From an uncultured delta proteobacterium (GTDB lineage: Bacteria; Myxococcota_A; Polyangia; Fen-1088): a stretch of 64,000 nt of DNA. Below, piece by piece: positions 51,222-64,000 of this stretch. The position numbers and the translations under genes are program-made. The first letter of the stretch is position 1. Each line of letters opens with the position of its first letter. The notes under the pieces are model-generated. The model did no database searches. It was not told the origin of the DNA and was given only the letters and a program-made list of their open reading frames with translations. The stretch lies in assembly GCA_963767925.1 (NCBI GenBank), contig CAVYGB010000002.1:1536001-1600000 (forward strand). The letters are read 5' to 3'.

Positions 51222-53700
51222 CTAGGACCGGGGTTTTTTCCGCTGGGCTTCGTCGTCGGCGCGGATGGCCTCGACGGTCTTGCGCAGGTCGCCGCCCTTG
51301 TCGCCGGGGCGGACGCCGGGGGGGCGTTCCCAGGGGATCTCTTTCAGCGGCTGCGAGGCGGCCACCTCCCAGATGTAGCGGGCGAACATCGGGACGTTGA
51401 GCATGAAGGCGGCGTCCTTGTAGCCGAGGGGACGCTCGCGCTTGTCGTCGCCGATCCAGGCGGTGGTCATCCAGCGCGAGGTGTAGCCGACGAACCAGGT
51501 GTCCATCGTGGCGCTGGAGGTGCCGGTCTTGCCGGCGGCGGGGAAGCCGATGGCGCGCAGGGCCTGCGAGTGGCCCTTGGTCACCACCCGGCGCAGGAGC
51601 TGCGAGGTCAGCCAGGCGGTGCGCGGGGGGATCGACGGCTTGGCCTGCTGGCCGGCCAGGGCGACCATCCGGTCGAGGCGCAGGGTCGGCGAGCTCATCG
51701 GGTCGGAGGGGACGGTGTTGTCCTCCAGGATCTGGCCGTTGCGGTCGCGCACCCGCCGCACGTAGGTCGGGTTGACCACCACGCCGTTCCGGGCGAACGC
51801 GGAGAAGGAGCGGGTCAGCTCGTCGGCCTTCACGCAGGAGGCGCCCAGGGCCAGCGCCTGGTCGGGGATGATCTGGCGTCGTCATGCCGAGCTTGCGGGC
51901 CCAGCCTTCCACCTCGCGCCCGCCGACCAGCTTGAAGAGCTGCACGCTGGGGACGTTCTTGGACCAGGTCAGCGAATACTCCAGGGTGACCTGGTACTCG
52001 ATGGTGTTGTTGAGGTTGGTGGGGACCCAGACCTCACCGGTGATGGGATCGACCTCGGCGCGCGGGATGTCGTTGAGCAGCGACTCGTACCCGTAGCCCC
52101 TCTGCAGGGCCAGCGAGTAGTAGATCGGCTTGTAGGTCGAACCGGGCTGGCGGCAGGCCTGCGACACCCGGTTGAACTCCGAGCGGTCGAAGTCGCCGCC
52201 GCCCACCATCGCCACCACGTACCCGGTCTCGTGGTCGTAGCTGAAGATGGCCCCCTGCACCCGGGGCGTCTGCTCCAGCCGGAGCTGGGGGCGGCCGCCC
52301 TGCAGCGGCCGGTCCTGGTAGGCCTGCAGCCAGCGCGGCTCGTTCTTGCTGTCGTACTCCCAGTCGGAGAAGCGCCGCCGGTTGGTGAGGTGGGCGTTGG
52401 AGACCCAGATCACGTCCCCCGCCCGCACGACCCCGGTCGTGTTCTGGATGGTCCGGCCGTTGCTGGAGTCCCGCATGCTGAAGGGGAACGCCCAGGTCAT
52501 GTTGCCGGAGGGCAGAAAGTAGCTCTCGCCCCCACCCGCACCCGGGCGCCCGCCGCCTCGTTGGACTCGACCAGGCCGAGGTACAGGCGCCCCTCCTGGA
52601 GCTGGTTGCCGTAACGCTCGACCGAGCGCTGCTTGAATTGCGCGATGGCGTCGCCGGTCAGCCGCGCCACCGGGCCGCGCCAGCCCTGCCGCTTGTCCAG
52701 CTTGCGCAGGGAGAAGTCGACGTTCTCCTGAGCGGACAGGTCGATCCAGGGCACCACGGTGGTCTCGATCTCGAGGCCACCTTCGTAGAGCATCTTCTCG
52801 CCGTAGCGCTTGCCGATGTCCCGGCGCACGTGCTCGGCGAAGTAGGGCGAACGCTCGCGGAAGAAGTCGGGCGGCTGGCGCAGGACCAGCGGCCGGCCGC
52901 GCCAGCGCGACTCGTCCTCGGCGCTGATGTAGCCGGCGGCGGCCATGGCGGCCAGCACCTGGTCGCGCCGGTTCTGGGCCCGCTGCAGGTTGGAGGTGGG
53001 GGCGAACCGGCTGGGCGCCCGGGCGATCCCGGCGATGGTGGCGATCTCGCCGAGGTCGAGGGTGTCGACCGTCTTGTTGAAGTAGCGCCGGGCCGCGGCG
53101 GCGACGCCGTAGGCGGTCTGCCCCAGGAAGATCTGGTTGAGGTAGAGGGTGAGGATGTCCTGCTTGGAGTAGCGGGACTCCAGCCGGCGGGCCAGGATGG
53201 CCTCGGGGATCTTGCGAATCAGGCTGCGCGAGAAGAACAGGTCGCGAGCGAAGAAGGTCTTGGCCACCTGCTGGGTGATGGTCGACCCGCCCTGGGCCAC
53301 CTCACCGGCGCGCAGGTTGGCCAGTGCCGCCCGGAGGATGCCCCGGAAGTCGAGCCCCGTGTGCTCGTAGAAGCGCCGGTCCTCGATGGCCAGGAAGGCC
53401 TGGATCAGCCGGGGCGGCACCTGGCGGGCGGTCAGCACCTCCCGGCGCTCGGTGGCCCAGTCGGCGAGAACGGTGCCGTCCCAGCCGCGCAGCACGGTCG
53501 ACTCGGCCGCCTCGTGCTCGTATCTGATCGATGTCGGGCAGGACCGGCAGGCGGGCGTTGAAGTAGCCGTAGATGCCGAGGCCCGTCAGGCCGAGCAAGC
53601 CGATTCCACAGAGCGCCCCGAACGCGTAGAACTTCAGCAGCCAGTGCAGAAAGTTCCCGTCCGAGGGGTTGACGACCTCCACGCGGTCAAAGGGAGGCAT
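51222..53700 (-). CDS. mrcA: Class A penicillin-binding protein (PBP1A family); split by 3 frameshifts
   Basis: Transglycosylase EDRRFYEH, QGGSTITQQVAK, RK, YLN; transpeptidase RQPGSTYK, SKN, KTG in successive frames. Confidence 0.88.
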
Positions 53701-53856
53701 GGGATCAGATAGTCGCCACCACACGAGCGTCACTTTACAACGGCTGGGGCTCCGGGCCATCGCCCTGATCGAAGTTCGATAGATGATAGCGCGGCCTCGT
53801 GGGCTTGACCGGCCAGCCGGCCCGGCCCACGCTGGCGAGCCGCGACAAGACCACCC

Positions 53857-56084
53857 ATGGACCTTTTCGAGCGCGCTGCGGCCAAGCCGGGCACCGGCGA
53901 CGAGGAGACCTTCGAGGGCACCCTCTCGCGGGTGGTGTTCGCCGGGCGCGGGGGCGAATACACGGTCGCCCGCCTCGAGGTGGAGGGCGTCCCGAGGGGC
54001 CCTGACCGTGGTGGGGACGCTGCTCGGCGTGCCGGTCGGCGCCCGGCTGCGGGTGCGCGGGCGGCGGGAGGTCGACCCGCGCTACGGGCCGCAGCTCCGT
54101 CTGACCGGCTACACCGAGGTCGCGCCCGCAAACCATCGAGGGATTGCGGCGTTACCTCGGCTCGGGCCTCATCAAGGGCATCGGCCCCGAGTTCGCCGGC
54201 CGCATCGTCGATGCCTTCGGGGTACGCACGCTGGAGGTGCTCGACACCGCGCCCGAGCGGATCGCCGAGGTCCCGGGCATCGGGCGGGTGCGCGCGCAGT
54301 CGGTCAAGGAGGCGTGGGCCCGCCAGCGCGAGATCGCGCCGCGTGATGGTTTTCCTGCAGGGTTACGGCGTCTCGCCCGCCTTCGCCGCCCGCGTCTACC
54401 GCGATACGGCGCGTCAGCCATCGCCCGGGTGCGCGAGAACCCGTACCGGCTCGCCTTCGACGTGTGGGGCATCGGCTTCCTGTCGGCCGACCGGCTGGCG
54501 ATGGCGCTGGGGGTGGCCCGGGACGCCGACGTCCGGCTGGAGGCGGGGGTGCGCCACGCCCTCGGCGAGGCCGTCGCTCGAGCGGCCACTGCTACGTGCC
54601 CCGCACGCCGGCTCGTCGAGCTGGCGGCCCAGCGCCTGGAGGTCGACCCCGACGCTGATCATTGCCGGCCATCGAGCGGCTGGCCCGGGCGGGGGACGTG
54701 GCGCTCGAGCCGCTCGACGACGACACCGGGGTGTTCGATGCGGCGCTGTACCGGGCCGAGCGGACGGTGGCGGCGGGCATCGTGCGCCTGGCCGACGCGC
54801 CCGCCACGGTGACCCTGCCCGACGACGTTGTCGAGGCGGCCCTGCGGGCCTACGAGGCGCGAGGCCAAGCTCGAGCTGGCCCGCCAGCAGGCGGAGGCGA
54901 TCCGCGCAGGTGCTGCGCAGCCAGGTGGTGGTCATCACGGGCGGGCCCGGCGTGGGCAAGACCACCATCGTGCGCGGCATCGTCGGCATCCTGGCGCCGG
55001 GCCGGGCTGGAGGTGGCGCTGTCGGCGCCGACCGGGCGGGCGGCCAAGCGGCTGTCCGAGACGACCGGCCGCCCGGCCGGCACCCTGCACCGGCTGCTCG
55101 AGTGGCGCCCGACCGACGCCAGCTTCGCCCGCAACGTCAAGCGCCCCATCGAGGCCGACGTGCTGGTCGTCGACGAGGCGTCGATGCTCGACGTGCGGCT
55201 GGCCGCCGACCTGGTCGAGGCGCTGACCACCGGGACCAAGCTGGTGCTGGTGGGCGACGTCGATCAGCTGCCCTCGGTGGGGCCGGGGGCGGTGCTGGCC
55301 GACCTGATCGCCTCGGGCCGGGTGCCCACGGTGCGCCTGACCGAGGTCTTCCGGCAGGCGCCAGCAGAGCCTGATCATCACGCAACGCCCACCGGATCCA
55401 CGACGGCGTGCTGCCCGAGGTGGGGGCGCCGCCGCCGGGCGGCCCGGCCGCCGACACGCGCGACTTCTTCTTCCTCGAGGAGAACGACCCGCAGCGGGCG
55501 GCCGAGCTGGTGCGCGACCTGGTGGTGACCCGCCTGCCGCGCCGCTACGGGTTCGCCGCCGCTCGACGTGCAGGTGCTGGCGCCGATGCACCGGGGCGAG
55601 CTGGGGGCGGGCAACCTGAACCAGCTGCTGCAGGAGGCGCTGACCGCCGGGGCCGAGGAGGTGCGCCGGGGCGGCCGCCTGTTCCGCAGCGGCGACCGGG
55701 TCATGCAGCTGCGCAACAACTACGACAAGGACGTGTTCAACGGCGACGTCGGCCGCATCGAGCGCCTCGACGCCGAGGCCGGGACCGCTGGTCCTGCGCT
55801 TCGACGACCGGGAGGTGGTCTACGAGGACGACGACCTCGACGAGCTGGGGCTGGCCTACGCCGCCACCGTCCACAAGTCCCAGGGCTCGGAGTACCCCGC
55901 GGTGGTCATCCCCCTGCACACCCAGCACTACGTGATGCTGCAGCGGAACCTCCTTTATACGGCCGTCACCCGGGGCAAACGCCTGGTGGTCCTGGTCGGC
56001 TCGCGCAAGGCCCTCGGCATCGCCGTCCGCAACGGCCAGGTCGCCACCCGCGCCACCCACCTGCGCGCCCGCCTCGCCCCCTGA
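53857..56084 (+). CDS. recD2: ATP-dependent RecD2-like DNA helicase; multiple frameshifts
   Basis: [85 protein letters not shown]. Confidence 0.92.
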
Positions 56085-56100
56085 CCTCCCCCCATCCAAC

Positions 56101-56167
56101 ACCTCTCCCCGCGGCTGCCGTGGGGAGAGGTCGGCGCGTCTGCGCGCCGGGTGAGGGGCCTCCGGCG
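56101..56167. repeat. Half copy of the composite REP element, type B
   Basis: CCTCTCCCCGCGGCTGCCGTGGGGAGAGGTCGGCGCGTCTGCGCGCCGGGTGAGGGGCCTCCGGCG. Confidence 0.88.
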
Positions 56168-56168
56168 C

Positions 56169-58085
56169 TCAGTTGCCGCGGGCGCGGTGGCGGCTGCGGT
56201 CGAGGCGGTCCTCGAAGCTGTAGCGGCGGGCGACCTTGATCGAGGTGTCCGGATCGGTCACCTCGGGCAGCACCAGCCAGCCGTTCTGACCGGGCGCCAC
56301 CGGGACGCCGAGCTCCTCGGCGGCGGTGCGCGTCCGTTCGAACCCCAGGCGGGCGTGGTCGAAGGTGGCGGCGTAGTCGTGGTCCTGCAGGGCCACCCGG
56401 GCGAGCTTGAACTGCAGGGCGGCGGCCACGAGGTTGCGGGCGGCCTGCTGGGGCCCCAGGCGGGCGAGGATCTCCTTCACGATGGCCCGGGCGTTGGTCA
56501 GATAGGCGGCGGCCTGGAAGCGGTTCTGGTTGTCCCGGTCGAACTGGCTGAAGTCCCAGTTGAGGTCGATGTAGCTCATGATCGAGTTGACCTCGTCGCC
56601 CGAGTTGGCAAAGTAAAACGCCCCCTCGGCGTTGTACTCGACGCCGGTCGCGCTGTCGTAGCCGTCGTGGGGGTGGCTCATGCCGAGGTGATGCCCGAAC
56701 TCGTGGATCTGGGTGGTGGTGAGGCCGTAGCCCGCTTCGACGATCGCCGGCGAGACGAAGCTGAAGACGAAGCTCTGGGTGCCGTCGATGGCGTTGTCGT
56801 CGGCGTAGCCGAGCAGGTCGGATCTCCCGTCGGCGGTCGCGTAGTTGACGAGGATGGCCTCGTATTCGCCGCCGCCGTCGAGCAGCAGGGTGCGGTTGAG
56901 GGCGGTGTAGAGGAACGGGTTGGAGAAGGCGGGGTAGGGGCGCGCGGGGAAGCAGCGCACGTTGGCCAGCCAGAGCCGGTGGCATTCGCGGCCCTGGCCC
57001 TCGTAGGCGAGATCCTGCTGGTCCTGCTGGTAGGGCAGGCGATGCAGGTCGCGGATCGCGCCCAGCAAGCGGGCCGGCTTCTGGTATTGCACGGAGGCGT
57101 CGACGCCGGGCCAGCCCTCGAAGGTGTTGCTGTCGAGGTTGACGGTGGCGGGCAGGCCCAGGGGGGTGAGGGCGGGCGGGTAGAGCGGCGAGGGGGTGAA
57201 CAGCAGGTTGATCCCCACGTAGCGGGCCACCTTGCCGAGGTCGGCGGCCAGCGCCGCGCGCGGGCGGAAGCCGCCGGCCAGCCCGTACTCCCAGCTCGGC
57301 GGCATGCGGTATTCGACCTCGCCGTCCCCGTCGAGGTCGGGGCTGTCCACGTTCCAGTTGTCGGTCCAGGCCTCGGGGCCGGCCGACAGGTCGTAAAACC
57401 AGATCCGGTGCTCGCCGCGGGCGCCGAGGCCGGTCTCCCCGTCGTCGGCCGTGGTGCCGCCCCAGGCGATGATCTTGCGCGTCTCGCGCCCCCCGAAGTC
57501 GTGGCCGGTGTCGGGGTCGACCTCGCCGGTCTTCGTGTAGACGTGGAAGCGGAAGTCGGGGCGGCCGTGCCAGTTGATGAAGAAGATCGTGTTGCGGCGG
57601 GTGTCGACCCCGGGCGGCGGGTGATCGATCAGCCACCTTTCCACGGCGGGGGCGTCGATGAAGTGGTTGTCCACCACCTCGAGCAGGTTGCGCTCCTGGG
57701 CGTTGTAGAGCCGCTGGTATTCCGTCGGCGGGGCGGGGCGGGCCAGGGCCGCCAGGGCGGCGAAGAAGGCATCCTGGTAGTCGGGCGGAGCGAACGAGAC
57801 CCGGTGGTCGTAGCCGTAGTGCAGGCCGACCTCCTCGTTGACGTTGTACCAGAGGCGCGAGCGGACCACCGGCCGGGCCTGCGCCGGGAGCTGGGCCAGG
57901 AAGGCGGCGGCGTCGATCTCCTCGGCCGCGTACCCCAGAAAGACGTACTGGACCGGCACCTGTTCGGCCAGCGCCGGCGCGAAGACGGCCAGCTCTGCCT
58001 CCGCCTCTGCCCCCGCGGGCTGGGCGGCGGCGGCCGCGGGGAGAAGGAGGAGGGCGAAGGTGGCCGGGAAGATCCGCGACGTCAT
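56169..58085 (-). CDS. Secreted metzincin-type zinc metallopeptidase
   Basis: Signal peptide (AAA-Q); HEFGHHLGMSH (HExxHxxGxxH) and a SIMSY Met-turn. Confidence 0.75.
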   Translation of the reverse strand: MTSRIFPATFALLLLPAAAAAQPAGAEAEAELAVFAPALAEQVPVQYVFLGYAAEEIDAAAFLAQLPAQARPVVRSRLWYNVNEEVGLHYGYDHRVSFAPPDYQDAFFAALAALARPAPPTEYQRLYNAQERNLLEVVDNHFIDAPAVERWLIDHPPPGVDTRRNTIFFINWHGRPDFRFHVYTKTGEVDPDTGHDFGGRETRKIIAWGGTTADDGETGLGARGEHRIWFYDLSAGPEAWTDNWNVDSPDLDGDGEVEYRMPPSWEYGLAGGFRPRAALAADLGKVARYVGINLLFTPSPLYPPALTPLGLPATVNLDSNTFEGWPGVDASVQYQKPARLLGAIRDLHRLPYQQDQQDLAYEGQGRECHRLWLANVRCFPARPYPAFSNPFLYTALNRTLLLDGGGEYEAILVNYATADGRSDLLGYADDNAIDGTQSFVFSFVSPAIVEAGYGLTTTQIHEFGHHLGMSHPHDGYDSATGVEYNAEGAFYFANSGDEVNSIMSYIDLNWDFSQFDRDNQNRFQAAAYLTNARAIVKEILARLGPQQAARNLVAAALQFKLARVALQDHDYAATFDHARLGFERTRTAAEELGVPVAPGQNGWLVLPEVTDPDTSIKVARRYSFEDRLDRSRHRARGN

Positions 58086-58158
58086 CGTGGAAACAACGTA
58101 TCCGCCGGGAGATATTCGCGGCTGGCCTGTCGCGTTTTGCGACGGCCGGCGGTTTCGC

Positions 58159-58335
58159 GCAGACCCCTCACCCCTGCGCTCCCCGCTTCGCGGGGCGAGG
58201 GCGAACGGACAGGTGGGGGCGGCGTATCGGGCGAAATCCGCGCGGTCCGTCCGCCAGGAAGGTTGTCGATGCCATGGCGATCGTTCGCCCTCGCCCCGCG
58301 GTCTGCCGCGGGGAGAGGGGGGGTGAGGGGTCTGC
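58159..58335. repeat. Inverted pair of type A REPs (58159-58206 and 58283-58335) around about 76 bp of unique sequence
   Basis: Ends GCAGACCCCTCACCCC / GGGGTGAGGGGTCTGC. Confidence 0.88.
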
Positions 58336-58339
58336 CCTC

Positions 58340-59161
58340 TCAGAGGTGGTGTTCGCCGCCGGCGTCGTGGGTGGCGGCGAGGCGCTCGCGCAGCCAGGAC
58401 CGGGCGGCGGCCACCGCCCCGGCGAGCGGGCGCCCGGAGGCCAGGCCGACGGCGATGGCGGTGGCCAGCGCGCAGCCGGTGCCACGCGCGCCGGGGCCGG
58501 GGATCCGCGCGCCGGTGAACACCTGCTCGGGCAGCGCCCCGCCGGGACCGGCCGGGCCGACCAGGACGTCGTCGGCCCGATCGGGCAGGTGGCCGCCCTT
58601 GACCAGGGCCGCCCGGGCGCCCAGCCCGACCAGCGCGCGCGCCGCCGCCACCGCCTCGCCCGCGTCCCGGACCGGCAGCGCCGTGAAGGCGGCCGCCTCG
58701 GCGAGGTTGGGGGTGACGAGGGTCGCCCGCGCCAGCAGCGGCAGCAGCCGCGCCGGCTCGCCCGCGAACAGGCGCCCCCCGCTGGAGGCCGCCAGCACGG
58801 GGTCGAAGACCACCGCCCCGCCGAACCCGGCGAGGGCGACCAGCAGGGCCGCCGCCTGGGCCTCGTTCGCCACCATGCCGATCTTCACCGCCACCGCGCG
58901 GCCTGCCGCCGCAGCCAGCACGCCGGCGAGATCCTGCTGCAGCCGGTCAGCCGCCCGCGGGTCGATGCCGCTGACGCCGGTGGGGGACTGCTGGGTAAAA
59001 GCTGTCCCCACCAGCACGATCTGCGCGCCGAGCGCCCGGCCGGTGAGGTGATCCCGGACCAGCCCCGCGCCCCCGCCCGGATCGAGGCCACCCACCGCCA
59101 CCACCAGCGGTCGGGAGGCGTCGGACGGAGCGGGCGGTGATTGATGCGTCGTTTCTTGCAC
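58340..59161 (-). CDS. thiD: Hydroxymethylpyrimidine/phosphomethylpyrimidine kinase
   Basis: GGLDPGGGAG..RD, VKIGM, DPVL.ASSG, TPNLAEA, VKGGH, GTGCAL. Confidence 0.9.
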   Translation of the reverse strand: MQETTHQSPPAPSDASRPLVVAVGGLDPGGGAGLVRDHLTGRALGAQIVLVGTAFTQQSPTGVSGIDPRAADRLQQDLAGVLAAAAGRAVAVKIGMVANEAQAAALLVALAGFGGAVVFDPVLAASSGGRLFAGEPARLLPLLARATLVTPNLAEAAAFTALPVRDAGEAVAAARALVGLGARAALVKGGHLPDRADDVLVGPAGPGGALPEQVFTGARIPGPGARGTGCALATAIAVGLASGRPLAGAVAAARSWLRERLAATHDAGGEHHL

Positions 59162-59314
59162 CCGATTGTATTCGTTCGTCGCCGTCCGTTGCGTTTCTCA
59201 CGAAAGCCGGCGGGGGGGGGCGGATAATCAGGCGTTTGCCGCTGCCGGTGGCCACCTGCAAAAAACTCCATAAACGCGTAGCCTGCCGACGAGCTAGGCT
59301 AGTATTCACGCGCC

Positions 59315-61025
<1,711 letters not shown>

Positions 61026-61151
61026 TTGCCTCCGCCGGGGCCTGCACGATCGGCACGGCCGCGGTTTTCCGGCTGGTTTCGCCGCCAGAAAAGGCGAAGC
61101 AACCGTCGCTCGGCGTTTGAGCCGGCGCCGCCATTGAGGCAGGATGCGCCG

Positions 61152-61918
61152 ATGTTTCGTGGCCAGCGCATCGCCGTCGTCGTCCCCGCCTTCAACGAGG
61201 CCGACAAGATCGCGCGCACCGTCCGCTCGGTGCCCGGTTACGTCGACCACGTGCTGGTGATCGACGACGCCAGCGGCGACGCCACCGGCAAGCGCGCCCG
61301 CCGCAGCCAGCGGCGCGGGCTCGAGGTGATCCGCCACCCGGAGAACCGGGGGGTGGGGGCGGCCATCGCCACCGGCTACGGGCGGGCCCTCGAGCTGGGG
61401 GCCGACGTCACCGCGGTGATGGCGGGCGACTCGCAGATGGATCCCGCCGACCTGGCCGGGCTGCTGGGGGCGGTGGTCGAGGGGCGGGCCGACTACGCCA
61501 AGGGCAACCGTTTCCTGTGGCCGCAGGGCTGGCGGGTCATGCCGCCCTCGCGCCTGTTCGGCAACCTGGCTGCTCTCGTTCATCACCCGGCTGGCCTCGG
61601 GCTACCGGGAGGTGTTCGACTCGCAGTGCGGGTACACGGCGGCCAACCGGCGCGCGCTGGCCACCATCGTGGCCGGGCCGATGTTCCCCCGCTACGGCTA
61701 CCCCAACGACGTGCTGGTCCGGCTGGGCCGCGACGATCTGCAAGGTGCGCGACGTGCCGGTGCGCCCGGTGTACGGCCGCGACTGGCGCTCGGGTATCCG
61801 GATCCACAAGGTGGTCCTGCCGCTGACCCGCCTGCTGTCGCGGGCCCTGCTGCAGCGGCTGCTGCGGCCGCTGCTGCGCCCGAGCCCGCTGGCCACCCGC
61901 CCGATCCCGCCGCTGTGA
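61152..61918 (+). CDS. GT2 family glycosyltransferase (DPM synthase-like); frameshifts
   Basis: VVVPAFNEA, IDDASGD, NRGVGAA, GDSQMDP, KGNRF, DSQCGY. Confidence 0.85.
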
Positions 61919-63051
61919 GCGGGCCGACCCGGCTCTACGTCACCACCTCCTACCCGCGCTTCGAGGGCGATCCCGCCGGCTGCTTCGTGCAGGAGCGGGT
62001 GCAGGCCTTCGTCGCCGGCGGGCTGGGGCGGTCGGCGCGGGTGCTGGCCGCGGGCGAGCCGCCCGGTTCGGACGCCGGCAGCGGACCGGGTCTGCGGGTC
62101 GAGCGGGTGGGCTACGCCCTGCCCGGGGCGCCGCCGCTGTTCTACGGCGGGGGCGCGCCCGAGCTGCTGGAGGCGGCGGGCGGGGCGGCGCTGCTGCAGG
62201 CGGTCCGGCTGTGGGCCGGGCTGCTCGCCGCGCTCCGCAGCGGTCCGCCGCCCTCGGACATCGAGAGCCACTGGCTGGTGCCGAGCGCGCTGGCGGTGGC
62301 CTGCGCCGGGCCGCCCGGGGTGGCCCATCGGGCCTACGCCCACTCCGGCGACGTGGCGCTGCTCGAGCGGCTGCCGGGAGGGGGCACCTTCGCGCGCCGC
62401 TTGCTGGCGGCGGCGTCGCTGGTGTTCGTCAGCGCCGACCTGCGCGCGCGGTTCGGCCGGCTGCTCGGCCCGGGTGGGCAGGCGCAGGTGGCGGCCTGCC
62501 TGGTCGAGCCCGCGGGCGCCTCCGGGGTGGGGCCTTCGCCGGCGCGGCCGGTGCCGGCGGCGGTGCGGCGGGCGCTGCGCGTGCGCCTGGGCCTGCAGGG
62601 GATGGTGGTGATCGGCGTCGGCCGCCTGGTGCCGATCAAGGGCTACGACGTGCTGGTGCGGGCGGTCGGGCGCCAGCCCGCGGCCCGGCGCCCCACCCTG
62701 GTGCTGCTGGGTGAGGGCCCTGAGCGGCCCCACCTGGTCCGGCTGGCGGCCGAGCGGCGGGTCGATCTCCGGATGCCGGGCGAGGTGCCGCGGCCGGAGG
62801 TCGGGCCCTGGCTGACCGCCGCCGATCTGTTCGTGCATCCGAGCCGCCGCCTGCCGAGCGGCCGCACCGAGGGGCAACCGCTGGCGGTGCGCGAGGCGCT
62901 GGCTGCGGGCTTGCCGGTGGTGGCCTCGGCCGCCGGGGGGATCGAGGAGCTGGTCACCACCGAGGGGACCACCCTCCAGCTCGTCCCGCCCGACGATCCC
63001 GCTGCCCTCGCCGCCTGGCTCGCCCGATACAGATTGGAAACGGGCGTGTAA
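61915..63051 (+). CDS. GT4 family glycosyltransferase
   Basis: TTSYPR, HWLVP, HSGD, VGRLVPIKG, GEGP, EGQPLAVREALAAG (ExxxxxxxE). Confidence 0.88.
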   Translation: MSGPTRLYVTTSYPRFEGDPAGCFVQERVQAFVAGGLGRSARVLAAGEPPGSDAGSGPGLRVERVGYALPGAPPLFYGGGAPELLEAAGGAALLQAVRLWAGLLAALRSGPPPSDIESHWLVPSALAVACAGPPGVAHRAYAHSGDVALLERLPGGGTFARRLLAAASLVFVSADLRARFGRLLGPGGQAQVAACLVEPAGASGVGPSPARPVPAAVRRALRVRLGLQGMVVIGVGRLVPIKGYDVLVRAVGRQPAARRPTLVLLGEGPERPHLVRLAAERRVDLRMPGEVPRPEVGPWLTAADLFVHPSRRLPSGRTEGQPLAVREALAAGLPVVASAAGGIEELVTTEGTTLQLVPPDDPAALAAWLARYRLETGV

Positions 63052-63101
63052 CGTCAACCGGATTCGTGTGGGGTCGCGGAGGCTTACCGGACGTAGCGCG
63101 T

Positions 63102-63117
63102 GCGAAACATGTTTCGC
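63102..63117. promoter_or_regulatory. Perfect 16-bp palindrome GCGAAACATGTTTCGC (possible enhancer or operator)
   Basis: Intergenic, about 100 bp upstream of a sigma-54-like promoter. Confidence 0.5.
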
Positions 63118-63214
63118 GGTAATGGGGACAACTGCGTAACGGAGGAACCAATGACGCGCTGGTTTTGCGCTGTGCGATCCCGGAAAACCGTGGAGATCGC
63201 GGGGTCGCCCCGGT

Positions 63215-63230
63215 AGGCACGGCCCATGCT
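63215..63230 (+). promoter_or_regulatory. Putative sigma-54 (-24/-12) promoter
   Basis: AGGCACG-GCCC-ATGCT gives exact GG-N10-GC spacing, 40 bp before ATG 63270. Confidence 0.6.
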
Positions 63231-63269
63231 GTGGAAATGCCTCGGCCCGCGGTGGCCCGGGGAAACGGC

Positions 63270-63828
63270 ATGACGCCAGGCAAAAAGCTTCCTGACATTT
63301 CGGTGGTTCTGGCCGTGCGCAACTCCGAGGACGTCATCGGGGGCGGCACCCGGCGCGTGGTCGAGCACCTGCGCGAGCTGGATCGGCCCTTCGAGATCGT
63401 CGGGGTCAACGCCGGGTCCTGGGACACCAGCTTCAAGGTGTTGCAGCTGCTGGCCGGGCAGGTCCCGGAGCTGCGCCTGATCGAGAAGGACATGACCGGC
63501 CGGGCCTTCATCCGCGGCGTGTCCGAAGCGCGCGGGAGCACGGTGGTGCTGATGGACGCGGCCCGGCTGCCGGGCTCGCTGTCGCCGCTCGGCTGGACGC
63601 TGTCACGGCTGGACCAGGGGACCGAGGCGGTCGTCGTGCGCGGCCGCTGCGATCACCGCCCGTCGCCTGCCCGCTCTGCCGGCCATCGCCCGGGCGCGTG
63701 GCCGCGGCGAAGCCTTCGAGCGGAGCTTCGAGCGCGAGGCCCGCGACCTGTCGGTCGAGGTGGTGGGCACCGCCCGCCGCGCTCCGTCCGGCCTGCTCGC
63801 TCCGGTCTGGCGCCTGCTCGCAGCCTGA
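63270..63828 (+). CDS. Short GT2-like protein; frameshift near 63650
   Basis: ISVVLAVRNSED, VNAGSWDTS, ARG..VVLMDA. Confidence 0.65.
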
Positions 63829-63919
63829 CGGTCGCAGCGCAGCATCGGCTGCTTTCACTGCGTAACCGGCGACGCGGTCGGGACCTCGGGACCGGGCAGA
63901 ACCTGCTAGAGTTTGGGCA

Positions 63920-64000
63920 ATGTTATCGATCCTGGTCGCGATCGTCGGGCTCGCCCTGCTGATCGTCGTTCACGAGTGGGGCCACTTCATCGTGGCGCGG
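63920..64000 (+). CDS. rseP: RseP-like site-2 (M50) metalloprotease, 5' end only
   Basis: MLSILVAIVGLALLIVVHEWGHFIVAR. Confidence 0.8.
   Translation, partial: MLSILVAIVGLALLIVVHEWGHFIVAR

Noticed and set aside
51222..56084. Programmed frameshifting or pseudogenisation of PBP1A and recD2
   Set aside because: Too many scattered indels without slippery motifs; sequencing error is the simpler explanation.

Overview
High-GC bacterial chromosome segment, Myxococcota-like by gene content (DUF1552/DUF1592 pair, CotH proteins, PEGA-domain Ser/Thr kinase, sigma-54 regulator, many Gly/Pro-linker lipoproteins). The core genes are aroB, a partial dcw cluster (rsmH-ftsL-ftsI-murE-murF, with no mraZ or mraY adjacent), argH, a KefB/KefC antiporter, gshB, a PBP1A, recD2, thiD, glycosyltransferases and the start of rseP. 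Accessory content: (i) a 1.42-kb IS1380-type element with 17-bp terminal IRs and 49-bp perfect subterminal hexamer-array IRs, carrying an intact four-helix-bundle (IVP/Avd-like) passenger gene; a second, decayed four-helix-bundle gene at 44.8 kb also has an inverted hexamer array; (ii) a lower-GC island (~22.7-32.6 kb) encoding a secreted Cys-rich protein, a VKOR-like/DsbA fusion, a GT-C glycosyltransferase and a DUF6431/DDE-integrase/ExeA/AAA module whose last gene is split by a 431-bp MITE with a 4-bp target duplication; (iii) two structured non-coding regions at 14.4-14.9 kb, one ending in a strong terminator; (iv) an abundant REP/BoxC-like repeat family that forms inverted pairs around unique cargo and abuts tandem arrays. 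Also notable are a Fic protein with a degenerate catalytic motif, an FtsL with a long Pro-rich tail and a 16-Cys thaumatin-like lipoprotein. Many frameshifts, especially after 47 kb, look like consensus sequencing errors. Family calls come from motif recognition by eye; no database search was run.
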